A DNA stretch of 24,949 nt from a virus. Lineage: Duplodnaviria > Caudoviricetes. This document shows, in pieces, positions 15,667 to 24,920 of the stretch (position 1 is its first letter; every line of letters starts with the position of its first letter). Under the pieces are notes generated by a model, which made no database searches, was not told the DNA's origin, and was given only the letters and a program-made list of their open reading frames with translations. The stretch is taken from positions 1 to 24,949 of the IMG/VR virus record IMGVR_UViG_3300035438_000486; one strand, 5' to 3'. The position numbers and the translations under genes are program-made.

Positions 15667-16439
15667 TATGCGACCGCTCCACCCGTGAACATGGCGCGAT
15701 ACTTTGCGCGGTTCGCACGGATGCGCTCGGCTTCCTTCTGCTTCCGCTCTTCTTCAGCCGCGTCAAGCCCATAGTTCCGGCCAAACTCGCTCTCGCGCTG
15801 CTGCATCGTTTCGCTGAACTGACGCTTGTTTTCCGCTGCGGCCTCATCGGCGGCTTGCTGGGCAATATCTTCGCTTCGCACGCCCATAATGCCTTTGCCA
15901 AGGCCAGTCAGCAGCGTCTTGTTCTGCTCGATCTTCCCTTCTTTGCCAAACAGCCCGCCAAGGCTTTCAAGGCTAAACCGCTTGCCAGGCACAGAGATAT
16001 TCCCAGCGCCACCCAAGGTCGGCTGATAGCTGCCAATTGCGCCGTAAGACGACGGCCCACCAGATGTCATCGCAACCTTTGGTGCGCCGGTAATCGGGTT
16101 CAGCATGGCAGGAGAAGCGGATGCACCAGCAGCGGGGGCGACCCCGCTAGACGCAGCCCCAGTAAACAGCTTGGAGAGGCCACCCTGCGCGGATTCGCCC
16201 ATCTTGCCGCCCGCGTACCCAGAAAGGCCACCAAGGGCCGCGCCTTTTACGTCAAGCCCGATGCCTCTCTTGCCAGGGCGATCCAAGCCGCCCATCGCCG
16301 CGCCAAGACTAGCACCGATCCACGGAGCCATGGCAGCATTCACGCCAGGGATAAAAGCAGCGGCCATTGGCGCAACCGCCTTAATCACTTTCTTGTTGCG
16401 GTCCCACATCCCCGCCAACCCACCACGCTTCCGTGCCAT
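15666..16439 (-). CDS. putative pilot/ejection protein (257 aa)
   Basis: APMAAAFIPGV...IGASLGAAMGG Gly/Ala hydrophobic helices, charged C-terminal helix, GAGGAG RBS. Confidence 0.7.
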   Translation of the reverse strand: MARKRGGLAGMWDRNKKVIKAVAPMAAAFIPGVNAAMAPWIGASLGAAMGGLDRPGKRGIGLDVKGAALGGLSGYAGGKMGESAQGGLSKLFTGAASSGVAPAAGASASPAMLNPITGAPKVAMTSGGPSSYGAIGSYQPTLGGAGNISVPGKRFSLESLGGLFGKEGKIEQNKTLLTGLGKGIMGVRSEDIAQQAADEAAAENKRQFSETMQQRESEFGRNYGLDAAEEERKQKEAERIRANRAKYRAMFTGGAVA

Positions 16440-16457
16440 GTGCGCTCTCCTCTTCGG

Positions 16458-17183
16458 TTAAATCTTTTCGATGGTCGCAATGATCGACGCCGTTGACGGC
16501 GCGAATGCTGGAGCAGGAACCGCCTGCAACGAAACGGACAAGTTTCCAACGGCCCAGTACAGTTGGATGTAGTCGTTGGCGTTCAACGGCAGATAATAAT
16601 TCCAGCTTGGCAAGCTGTGCCCGTCTGCTGACCCATGACGCTTTGGCACAGAAACCTGACCGGCTGACCCAACGACATTCGCGCCGTTCTTGCGAATCCA
16701 AACCCACACGTCCTGCTCGCTGGAGTCCGTGTTGGTAAACTGGCCGCTCCACTGAAGGTTGTAGGTGCCTCCAGATGGCACGATAATCCTTGAGCTAGAC
16801 GCCAGCGTTACGCCAGACTCCACGTCAATCGTGTTGAACGTGAACAGTGTCGGGGTATTGATTGCTGAAACCACTTGATCTGTGGTGTCTTGCCATGCGC
16901 CGTACGAAGATGGCGTTCCGCCAACTTGGTGCCAGCTTCCCCCAGAGTAAAAATACAACTCGTCTGTATCCGTAGCGACATACATCCCCCCGTCTGGCAA
17001 ACTTACCGGACGAGCAGAAAGTAGCCCAGACTGGACGTGGATAGACGGGTCAGCGTCATGCGCGTTGTACGCGGTGCGGAGGGTGTTGTCGTTCCCCCGC
17101 ACCACGTTGGCATCAACTAGCCCAGACGCCGCAATGACCGGCCCAACAAACGTGTTGACTGCGTGTGAGCCGACCGTTGCCAT
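16458..17183 (-). CDS. short tail spike/fibre with C1q/TNF-like (BclA-type) C-terminal head
   Basis: N-terminus paralogous to 19489-20445; FTFNTID...IIVPSGGTYNLQWS...WIRKNG...LNANDYIQLYW jelly-roll pattern. Confidence 0.75.
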   Translation of the reverse strand: MATVGSHAVNTFVGPVIAASGLVDANVVRGNDNTLRTAYNAHDADPSIHVQSGLLSARPVSLPDGGMYVATDTDELYFYSGGSWHQVGGTPSSYGAWQDTTDQVVSAINTPTLFTFNTIDVESGVTLASSSRIIVPSGGTYNLQWSGQFTNTDSSEQDVWVWIRKNGANVVGSAGQVSVPKRHGSADGHSLPSWNYYLPLNANDYIQLYWAVGNLSVSLQAVPAPAFAPSTASIIATIEKI

Positions 17184-17185
17184 CG

Positions 17186-17422
17186 TTACGCGGGCACCGC
17201 AGCAACCGCCACATCCTCAACCGGGACACTCAGCGCCACCGCAACCGCCGCACAGAGTTCCGCGTCAGTCCAGTTGTTCGGAAGCGTCGAGGATACCAGC
17301 GACACCACCTGCTGTACGGTCGTCGCACCAGCCACCGTGTCGGCCACAATCACGCAATGCGCGTCCGTCGTGCCAGTGCCGTACTGAATCGAAGCCGTCT
17401 GAATCGTAATCGGGGCGCTCAT
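17186..17422 (-). CDS. small tail-fibre-associated protein (78 aa)
   Basis: Start ATG 17422 (ATGA overlap with the fibre gene stop). Confidence 0.7.
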   Translation of the reverse strand: MSAPITIQTASIQYGTGTTDAHCVIVADTVAGATTVQQVVSLVSSTLPNNWTDAELCAAVAVALSVPVEDVAVAAVPA

Positions 17423-18603
17423 CGTCCTAGCTCCTGCTTCAGGGTTTCCACCGTGGCGCTCAACTGCTGCACCGCATTCACTAGATACCACAACACCGCG
17501 TCCGTGCTCACGCTCTTCACGCCGTCGCTCGTCTCATTCACGCACTCGGGCAGCATCTCTTGTGCGATGACGCCCAGCTGTACGCCCGGCTTGTCAATCG
17601 CGGCAGAGGCGGGAAGCTCGGTGACTTCACTCGCGGGACGATACGTGAAGTTCCGCACACGGATCGCGTTGATCTTATCCAAACCATCGTGGTTGTCCGC
17701 GATGTCGCGCTTGAGTCGCTCGTCCGACGTGACTTCCCACGTCGTCACGTTCTTCTCGTTGTACGCGCCCGCAGTGCCACCGATAAACGCCGTATTGTCG
17801 CCCTTGCTCACCAGCGCCTCACCGATCACAATTTGGTCAACGGCCCCGACTGCCGACACGCCGGCCTGCCTGCCAATGATTGTGTTGCGGCTGCCAGTCG
17901 TCAGCGTGCTTGCTGCGCTACGGCCAATGATGGTGTTTTCCCCACCAGTTGTAACGGCTACGCCAGCCGACCGACCAATCGCGGTGTTGTCGTTGCCAGA
18001 AGTCGCAACATTTAACGCAGCAGCTCCCAAGGCAGTGCAGGCATTCCCTCCGTTTAACCCGGACAATGCGCCCGCCCCAATAGCTGTTGCGCTGCCTGTC
18101 GCGCTAGAGTTTGTCAGCAGTGCGTTGTTGCCGACTGCTGTACACCCCGTTGCTGTAACGTTTGACTGCATCGCGCCAGCGCCAATCGCAATGTTTTCGT
18201 TGCCCGTCGTATTTGCGTTTAACGCGTTTGGGCCAACTGCCACGTTGGTGGCAATAGCCCCTGCCCCTCGCCCAACACGAACGCCAGCCGCAAACACGTC
18301 AGCAGACGTGTACACGTTGCGCGGTCGAGCCGACGCCACTGCGCCGATGTCGTGCGTCGCGTCAGCCAAGAACGACACCGCGCCGCGCAATGTGGTCGTG
18401 CCCGTCACGTTGAGCGTGGCGCAGGTCAGGTCGTCAAAGACGGGATCAATCGTGCCACCCGCCAGTACATAGTCCTGCAACTGCGAAAGCGTCAGCGAGT
18501 AGGTGTTACTGTCTGCGGTGTTGTAAAACGCCACCTTGTCGGCTGCTGAGATCAGCGCGGTAGGCGTAGGGTTTAGGCTATCAATGTCACTAGCGTTGTT
18601 CAT
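17419..18603 (-). CDS. tail fibre with YadA/Hep_Hag-like repeats and C-terminal intramolecular chaperone (peptidase S74)
   Basis: About 14-residue NxAIGxxA repeats; SDERLKRDI autocleavage motif, GVIAQE, LVNAVQQLS coiled coil. Confidence 0.9.
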   Translation of the reverse strand: MNNASDIDSLNPTPTALISAADKVAFYNTADSNTYSLTLSQLQDYVLAGGTIDPVFDDLTCATLNVTGTTTLRGAVSFLADATHDIGAVASARPRNVYTSADVFAAGVRVGRGAGAIATNVAVGPNALNANTTGNENIAIGAGAMQSNVTATGCTAVGNNALLTNSSATGSATAIGAGALSGLNGGNACTALGAAALNVATSGNDNTAIGRSAGVAVTTGGENTIIGRSAASTLTTGSRNTIIGRQAGVSAVGAVDQIVIGEALVSKGDNTAFIGGTAGAYNEKNVTTWEVTSDERLKRDIADNHDGLDKINAIRVRNFTYRPASEVTELPASAAIDKPGVQLGVIAQEMLPECVNETSDGVKSVSTDAVLWYLVNAVQQLSATVETLKQELGR

Positions 18604-18625
18604 CTGTCCTCCTTGGGTGCCAAGG

Positions 18626-19492
18626 TTAAAGATTGCCTACGTTCGTAGACGGGAACGACCGACCACTCCCCCACAGAATGCGAACGGCTCCACCCGCTCC
18701 GCTGCCGCCAGCGTAGTCGGTAGCTGTACTGTCGTCATATGCGCCACGCCCGCCGCCTCCGCCATATAAGCCTCCAGCGCCTCCTAAGAAGTCATCTGGC
18801 GCACTCCCTCCGCTTGCTCCACTTGACCCACCACCACCACCACCACCGCCTGCTGCGCCAGCGACACCGTTGCTGCCTTGCCCAAGCAGTCCAACGCCAC
18901 CACCACCGCCGCCGGGGTAGTTGTAGTTCGGCGCAGTCCCTCGATCTCCACTCCCGCCACCACCGCCACTCCCACCAGTGCCAGCAAATCCAGCTTCTCC
19001 GGGGTCACCATAAGACGGGGGGTTATCTCCACCCGCCCCACCGTTCCCAGCGTAGCCTGCCGCACCACCTCCACCGCCGTTGCCAGTGCCTGCGCCTCCG
19101 ACGTAGCTCACCGAGCCCACGTTGGCACTGGCACTGCCACCGCCCTTGGCGCGGAGCAGGGCAGTCCCCCCGCGAGCAATGCTTGAATCGCCGCCATTAA
19201 CGCGGGTTCCAGTAGCCCCAGCCCCACCAGCGCCAACTGCAATGGTCAAGGACTCGCCAGGGGTGACGGAAAGCGCGTTGTTGTACGACAACGACCCGCC
19301 AGCGCCGCCCTCGTACGTCCTCCCGCCCTGACCACCGCCAACCGCAAGCACGATCAGCGACGTGGCGCTATTCGGCACAAGCACCGTGTAGGTGCCAGCG
19401 GTGGTGTACGCGAACTGCCCAGAGGCTGCATCATCCAACGAGCGGAACCCGTTGGCCGATGCTGCCGCAAACGTCCCGACAACAGGGCTCAC
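18626..19492 (-). CDS. glycine-rich adhesin / fibre-tip protein
   Basis: YTTAGTYT...AVGGGQGG...VTPGESLTIAVGAGG...GGAVRILW Gly-rich domain; GTGA coupling to the fibre gene. Confidence 0.85.
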   Translation of the reverse strand: MSPVVGTFAAASANGFRSLDDAASGQFAYTTAGTYTVLVPNSATSLIVLAVGGGQGGRTYEGGAGGSLSYNNALSVTPGESLTIAVGAGGAGATGTRVNGGDSSIARGGTALLRAKGGGSASANVGSVSYVGGAGTGNGGGGGAAGYAGNGGAGGDNPPSYGDPGEAGFAGTGGSGGGGGSGDRGTAPNYNYPGGGGGGVGLLGQGSNGVAGAAGGGGGGGGSSGASGGSAPDDFLGGAGGLYGGGGGRGAYDDSTATDYAGGSGAGGAVRILWGSGRSFPSTNVGNL

Positions 19493-20445
19493 TTGTACTG
19501 GCTCCGAGACGCCAGCAGCGTAAACCCGCCAGACGTGCGAATAGCCGTGTAGGTGTATGCGTCAATGGCGCTGGGGTTGCCAGCGATAACCGCGACCCCG
19601 CCAACCCACTTTGGCGTGATGGACGACCCGTCGATCTGGTGGGCAGACGGGTAGTATGCCGTGGCTCCGTTTGTGGCGAGGAACACCACCGTCAGGCTCT
19701 GCCCGACCGACATCATGGTTGATAGTGCCACGCCAGACGACCCGCGCAGATTGAACGTCCAGTTGCCAGAGGCGTCGGTCGTGTAGTACAACACCGCCTG
19801 CGTCAGCGCATCGTAGTTGATGGTGCCTGTTGCTGCCGTTGCCGACACCGTGACCTTCTCTAGCGCCTGCTGCAACGTCAGCGTGTTGGACAGCGACGTG
19901 GCTGCCAGCGTTGACGCTCCGCTGACAGCTAGAGACGTGAGCGTCCCAGTGCTCGTCAGAGAGGACGTGACGATACTCGAAGGGAGCGTCGTCCCCGTCA
20001 GGCTTGAGGAAGCCAATGTGCCAGCCAAGCTGGTTGCGGTCACAGACCCAGCAATGGTGGCGTTGCCCGACAGGAACAGATTGCGCCATCGCGTAGCCGT
20101 CACGCCAACGTCATACGTGGCAGTTGCTGACGGCAGGATGTCTGACGCAATGACGGCAAAGTACCCGGCGTTGAGATATGAAATTTCTTGCCACGCCGAC
20201 CCGTTGTCGTACCACAGCTTCACGCTGCCCGTGTCGGTGGTCAGCCACTTCCGGCCAATTGTGCCCGCCGCAGGGCGAGAGGCGAGGGCAGACGACTGAA
20301 GGTGAATGCCTCCGTCGTCGTCATGCGAAATGTACGCCGCTCGCATCGTGTTGTCGTTGCCTTTGACAATCCCGGCGTCTAGCGGGTCACCGTTTGTTGG
20401 GTTAACAAATGCAGCCAACCCGTGCTGCCCAATTGTTTCTGCCAT
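19489..20445 (-). CDS. tail fibre protein (318 aa)
   Basis: Follows the nozzle gene; DILPSATATYDVG...RWRNLF fibre motif, Thr/Ser-rich shaft, C-terminal beta domain. Confidence 0.8.
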   Translation of the reverse strand: MAETIGQHGLAAFVNPTNGDPLDAGIVKGNDNTMRAAYISHDDDGGIHLQSSALASRPAAGTIGRKWLTTDTGSVKLWYDNGSAWQEISYLNAGYFAVIASDILPSATATYDVGVTATRWRNLFLSGNATIAGSVTATSLAGTLASSSLTGTTLPSSIVTSSLTSTGTLTSLAVSGASTLAATSLSNTLTLQQALEKVTVSATAATGTINYDALTQAVLYYTTDASGNWTFNLRGSSGVALSTMMSVGQSLTVVFLATNGATAYYPSAHQIDGSSITPKWVGGVAVIAGNPSAIDAYTYTAIRTSGGFTLLASRSQYK

Positions 20446-20447
20446 CG

Positions 20448-21971
20448 TTAACGCCTCCCAAGGGCAAAGGTCTGAAGCTGAAAGCGGCTAAACGTCGGCA
20501 GGTACGTGCTTGTGTCGATAATGCTGATGTCCACGTAATACCCTGTCCCGCCCATCTGCACGCGATAATTTTGGCTGCTTGCTCCGCTCCACGATGCGCC
20601 TGTGGTCCATGTGCCAACTCCCCACGTTCCAGACGTTGAAGGGGGCAAGGTTTGGCTTTCGGCAATCGTCCCGGTGCTCCACCCGACCGAGCAGGACGCA
20701 GACCCGTTTAACTGCGCGGTGAGGTACGCATAGCGATACGCTTTTGCCATCGCTTCGTCCCCGCAGTACATCCGACGAAGCTGGGCCACCATGCTGTACG
20801 CTGTCCCGCCCGTGCCGTCTGCGCTGACGTTATCCATGTTGATCGACGGCGCGTCACAGCGGCTCACCCAGCCAGACGCATCGCCACGCAGCATGATTGG
20901 CAAGCCCGAGGTATCGGACGCCTCAAACAGGGCCGTCGTGTCAGGACTGATCCATCCCGTATTCCACGGGCCGCTCCACGATTGCAGCAGCGTGTGGTAC
21001 TGGTAGCAGCCAACCGTGGGGATCGTGATCCACAGCTCACGGGTTGCGCGATTAATGCCAGCGCGAATCTGGCTAAACTGTGTGGTGCTTAACGAGCGCA
21101 GAATCGGGAGCAGCGGGTCTGGCGTCTGCACGGTGGCGACTGGAGCGACTTCTGCTTCGTTGCAGCGGTACATCCCGCGCTCCGAGATAAAGTACGCCAC
21201 CGATCCCACGGGGACGATGCTCTTTGGCGCGATCAGCCCCACGTCTGACGCAATGCCAGCCGGCGAAACGGTGATGTCGTCCTGGCCGTATCCGGTCAAA
21301 CGGGACACGCCGCGACGGTGGAAGATCAGCAGCGACGTGGCAAGACTGACAAGCCCGACCACCCCTTCGTTGCCAAACGTCCGTACCACGATCTGCCCGC
21401 CGCCAGACGAGCCGTTGCCCAGCGTGTCGCCATTGTTGAGCGACGAGTAGAAGATGCTATTGGGGAACGAGGCGTTGCCAGCAGACCACAGGCGTTGATT
21501 GTGAACGACACAGATGTCGCTGTTGACCGTGTCAGCAATGTCCACCGTTAGCGTCGTGCCGTTCCACTTATTGAGCAACCCGCCGTCGCTGATGTACACC
21601 ACGTCGGCAGAGCTATCGCGGAACTGCGAGAAGGCAGGCTGCGTTGAGGTGGAGAGCGCCCCAGATCGTGCCGTCCACGCCATTGGCAAACTGGCAAAGG
21701 TCGTCGTGTACAGACCGCCGTTGACCACGGCCATGATCTGCGACGTACCGTCGGCCTTGTTCCACGTAAACCCGTTTGCCACGGGGAACGCCGCAATAGC
21801 CGCCGTAGACAGGCGCTGCGTCCCTCCACGCTTGGTAATCGCGCCAACGTCTGTCAGTCGCGCATTCTCGGTACGGCGAAGCTGGTTTGGCTGAAGGGCT
21901 GACACGTCACTGACCGTGTTCAGCCCACCATCCATGCTCATCTGCGCGTCCTGAACCACCTCACGCGCCAT
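20448..21971 (-). CDS. tail nozzle / stabilisation protein (tubular protein B or P22 gp10-like beta-propeller), 507 aa
   Basis: Start ATG 21971 (TAATG); GGLN...ENARL...GAITKRGG N-terminus, HNQRLW, GLIAPKSIV, YFISERGMY. Confidence 0.8.
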   Translation of the reverse strand: MAREVVQDAQMSMDGGLNTVSDVSALQPNQLRRTENARLTDVGAITKRGGTQRLSTAAIAAFPVANGFTWNKADGTSQIMAVVNGGLYTTTFASLPMAWTARSGALSTSTQPAFSQFRDSSADVVYISDGGLLNKWNGTTLTVDIADTVNSDICVVHNQRLWSAGNASFPNSIFYSSLNNGDTLGNGSSGGGQIVVRTFGNEGVVGLVSLATSLLIFHRRGVSRLTGYGQDDITVSPAGIASDVGLIAPKSIVPVGSVAYFISERGMYRCNEAEVAPVATVQTPDPLLPILRSLSTTQFSQIRAGINRATRELWITIPTVGCYQYHTLLQSWSGPWNTGWISPDTTALFEASDTSGLPIMLRGDASGWVSRCDAPSINMDNVSADGTGGTAYSMVAQLRRMYCGDEAMAKAYRYAYLTAQLNGSASCSVGWSTGTIAESQTLPPSTSGTWGVGTWTTGASWSGASSQNYRVQMGGTGYYVDISIIDTSTYLPTFSRFQLQTFALGRR

Positions 21972-22654
21972 TAGCCGCCACCCCACTCGTACATACTGTC
22001 AGGGTAGGCCATGCGCGTCGGGCTAATCGTACGACGACGAATATCGTCCAGTAGAGCCTTCCGCTCATCGTCGGCCAGGCGCTTCAAGTCTGCCGCTGCG
22101 CGAGACTCTGCGCCGCCCTTCAGCAGCAACTGCGCTGCCGCTGCCCAGATAAGGATGTACTCGGCGTTGTCCGGGTAATCCACCGTAGACGTGACGCTTG
22201 CCAACTGCGTTAACGTTGTTGGCTTGTAGTTCACGGCAACGTACACCGATGTCCCGGTTGCCACGGGCAACAACTGAATCGCCTGCCCAGCGACGTAGTA
22301 CAGTCGCGGGTAGGTTGGCAAATAGGTGGTCGTCGTCGCCAGCGGGACACTTCGGAAATCCGTTTCCGTGTACAACACACTCCCGTCGTTGACCGACAGG
22401 ATGCGGTACATATTCTGCTGTGTGTCGCCGCTGCCGCTGTTCATGGTGCTAAACGCAATCTTCCCGTCTGCGTCAGTGGACAGCAAACGCTGAGAAAACG
22501 TGTAGTACGGAGCCGCGTTAAGGATGTTTGACCATTCTGCGTCAAACACCGAGTTGAGCACCGCTTTGACAGTGCTGGTGGACCAGCGAGGGGACGACTC
22601 TGCGTCCATGTACTCGACTGTCCCGTCTATCAACGTCTGAAACGTGACCGCCAT
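21971..22654 (-). CDS. head-tail adaptor (tail tubular protein A-like), 227 aa
   Basis: Start ATG 22654 after AGGAGAG; helix / beta-sandwich / helix layout (PRLYYVAG..IQLLP, YPDNAEYILIWAAAAQL), directly upstream of the nozzle. Confidence 0.75.
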   Translation of the reverse strand: MAVTFQTLIDGTVEYMDAESSPRWSTSTVKAVLNSVFDAEWSNILNAAPYYTFSQRLLSTDADGKIAFSTMNSGSGDTQQNMYRILSVNDGSVLYTETDFRSVPLATTTTYLPTYPRLYYVAGQAIQLLPVATGTSVYVAVNYKPTTLTQLASVTSTVDYPDNAEYILIWAAAAQLLLKGGAESRAAADLKRLADDERKALLDDIRRRTISPTRMAYPDSMYEWGGG

Positions 22655-22664
22655 GCGCTCTCTC

Positions 22665-23111
22665 CTACGAGATGATCTTGCGAGGACGGCCTCGACCACG
22701 CCGAGCCGTGGACGGGTCGGCGCTATCCAGCATATCGCCAATGGCTTCTTCCACGGCGCTGTTCACCACGCTGGTGTTGTAGCTCTCCACCGAGTTTGAC
22801 AGCCGCTGGATGTCCTCCCGTGGGAAGGCGCGGACCATCTTGCTCAAGTACGCTGGCGCTTCGTCTACGGAGCAGCCAAGCGGAAGATACCCGATAATGT
22901 CGTACGCCATCTGGGCGTCATAACTCTCGTTCTGTACCCACTCCCAGCGACGGTCGTCAGGCTGCCACTCCATGCAGACGCCCCATGTGGGGACACCTGT
23001 GTCAATCAGTCGCAACTTCAACCCGCCATGCACCTCCCGAAGCCGCCGCTGAATTTCAGGCGACGGCTCGGGGATGCCCGCAGGATTCACCAGAATCACG
23101 GGCGACGGCAT
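22665..23111 (-). CDS. hypothetical protein with C-terminal AT-hook (148 aa)
   Basis: Start ATG 23111 just after the upstream stop; ends RRGRGRPRKIIS. Confidence 0.8.
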   Translation of the reverse strand: MPSPVILVNPAGIPEPSPEIQRRLREVHGGLKLRLIDTGVPTWGVCMEWQPDDRRWEWVQNESYDAQMAYDIIGYLPLGCSVDEAPAYLSKMVRAFPREDIQRLSNSVESYNTSVVNSAVEEAIGDMLDSADPSTARRGRGRPRKIIS

Positions 23112-23112
23112 C

Positions 23113-23544
23113 TTACTCGGCAACCAGCAGTTCAACCACGACAACAACGTCATCGGGCTGCACCGTCACGGACCCCACGGTCACCATCGCAACGCGAAGG
23201 CTGTCAGCCTGCGTTAACGTGCGCTGGGCATCCGTGGTCGTGGTTAGGAACACAAACTGCAACGGCGTGTCCGCCGTCTTCGTGTTGATGTCCAGCCCAG
23301 CCGTCAAAGCTACCGCCGTTGCGCCAGTCATCTTAAACAGCGTAACCACGCACGACGTAGCTGCTGTCGGGAACGTCCCAGCGCACAACGACGCACGGTT
23401 GATGTACGACTTGGCAGGGAACCCGCCAATGTTGTGATTGTCCGTACCCGCCGACAGCGTTCCCGTATTGAGACGCCCGCTTGTCAAGGGAACAGGCAGC
23501 GTCCCCAGCCGTCCGGGCTTCGGCGCAAAAAAGTTATAAGCCAT
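23113..23544 (-). CDS. putative capsid decoration/cement protein (143 aa)
   Basis: Start ATG 23544 after GGAGA; small Thr/Val-rich beta protein immediately after the capsid gene. Confidence 0.65.
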   Translation of the reverse strand: MAYNFFAPKPGRLGTLPVPLTSGRLNTGTLSAGTDNHNIGGFPAKSYINRASLCAGTFPTAATSCVVTLFKMTGATAVALTAGLDINTKTADTPLQFVFLTTTTDAQRTLTQADSLRVAMVTVGSVTVQPDDVVVVVELLVAE

Positions 23545-23569
23545 CTGAAGTCTCCGTAGTGATCCCAAT

Positions 23570-23601
23570 GGGGGGCAGCAGCCGAAGTGCTGCCACCCCC
23601 C
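23570..23601 (-). terminator. GC-rich stem-loop after the capsid gene (weak terminator or mRNA stabiliser)
   Basis: Minus strand GGGGGGTGGCAGCAC-TTCG-GCTGCTGCCCCCC with a cUUCGg tetraloop and no U-tract. Confidence 0.6.
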
Positions 23602-23609
23602 ACCGCGAC

Positions 23610-24920
23610 TTAGATGTGGCTGTAGCGAGCCGTATCGGTGTAGCCTACAATCGAGCCGTGCGCGTTACGCGCCAGACACGCGAGGTTGCCGTACCAGCCG
23701 TACGTCGTTTCGAACGCGTCGCGGCCCTGCAACCAGCGCCACGGACCCGCGCCTTCGAACTCGACGAAGCCCCAGTCCTTCGCGTCCACCCACGCCAGCG
23801 ACGGGATGTGCAGGAGGTAGATCGTGCCAGCCGGGACGTAGTAGTCCGTCACGCACGGGATACCACAGACTTCGATGGCCTTGTAGCCGCCCTTGATCGT
23901 GGTGCCAAACTCGCCAGCGGTAAACCGGCGCTGCGACACCATCGACTCCATGAGCTTCTTGGCAAGACCGGGGGTGGTCATGAGCAGGAAGTCCTTGGGC
24001 TTGACGTTGGCGTCCTTGCCAGAGCGGCCAGAGATACGCTGGATCAAGTCCCAGATGTCCGATTCGGTCGGCTGCGTCGCATCCGGCGTGTCGGTGCCAG
24101 CCGTCAGGCGCGTCGCATCCCAGATAGAATAGGTCGCGTTGCTGATGTTGTGCAGCGAAGCGTAGGCGTTGCCACGGTTCGTGATGTTAATCAGACCGTT
24201 CATCGCGCCATTAAACGACGTGTCGCTCGCGGTCGCCTTGACGATCTTGTCCGTCGCCGCCATGCCAGAGATGGCCGTGCCCAGCGTCAGCGTCGCGTTG
24301 TCGCCGCTATTGGTGATCGCCGTGATCGACGAACGGCCAAGCACCGCGTTGGATACCGACGTATCCAGTACCGCGATATAGTCGCCCACCGAGAGGAGCA
24401 GCGCACCCTGACCCGCGTTCGCCACGCCGTACGGCGAGGACACGATGATCTCGGTCGTGCTGGTCACTGTGCCAATCAAGGCCACTACGCCGTCAGCCTT
24501 GTTGTGGAGCGCCTGCTGCATGAGCAGCATGGAGGCGTCCTTGATTTCTTCCATCGTCTTGGTGGCGATGGTCGTAAAGGCCGCATCCTTGGACTGCGTG
24601 CCGACAAACGCCAAGCCGTCCACCTGACGGGTCGTGTAGGCACGAACCACGCCGACGTTAGCCTGCACTTCCGTCGCCGTCGTATCGGGCGGGAAGTAGC
24701 CACCAGCCGAGAACGTCGCGCCAGACGGACGACCAGTTACCACGTCGAAGAACACGTTGTTGCCGCCCCAACGCATATTGCGCGGGCCACCAGCACGTCC
24801 CTTCTCCAACTGCGCGAGCAAGGGCGTCACGAGGTTCTGCACCTTCTCACGGAACTGCGAATACACGTTCTTGAGCAGACCAGTCAGCTCGGTATCGGTA
24901 ATCAGAGTGGGGTTAGCCAC
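23610..24920 (-). CDS. major capsid protein (HK97-fold, 436 aa)
   Basis: GTG start with GAGGT RBS; LKNVY...TPLLAQL N-arm, MNGLINI, GGYKAIEVCGIPCVTDYYVP, YGNLACLARNAHG; size and position typical. Confidence 0.85.
   Translation of the reverse strand: MANPTLITDTELTGLLKNVYSQFREKVQNLVTPLLAQLEKGRAGGPRNMRWGGNNVFFDVVTGRPSGATFSAGGYFPPDTTATEVQANVGVVRAYTTRQVDGLAFVGTQSKDAAFTTIATKTMEEIKDASMLLMQQALHNKADGVVALIGTVTSTTEIIVSSPYGVANAGQGALLLSVGDYIAVLDTSVSNAVLGRSSITAITNSGDNATLTLGTAISGMAATDKIVKATASDTSFNGAMNGLINITNRGNAYASLHNISNATYSIWDATRLTAGTDTPDATQPTESDIWDLIQRISGRSGKDANVKPKDFLLMTTPGLAKKLMESMVSQRRFTAGEFGTTIKGGYKAIEVCGIPCVTDYYVPAGTIYLLHIPSLAWVDAKDWGFVEFEGAGPWRWLQGRDAFETTYGWYGNLACLARNAHGSIVGYTDTARYSHI

Noticed and set aside
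18828-18850. (CCA)n run as a contingency locus
   Set aside because: It encodes poly-Gly in a Gly-rich adhesin and a triplet slip would not shift the frame.
16458-20445. Diversity-generating retroelement or invertible tail-fibre switch
   Set aside because: No reverse transcriptase, recombinase, template/variable repeat pair or inverted gene was seen; the fibre similarity is an old protein-level duplication.
114-24627. All plus-strand ORFs in the track, some over 300 aa
   Set aside because: They are antisense shadows of GC-rich minus-strand genes, lack recognisable motifs and overlap a fully tiled, coupled minus-strand gene set.
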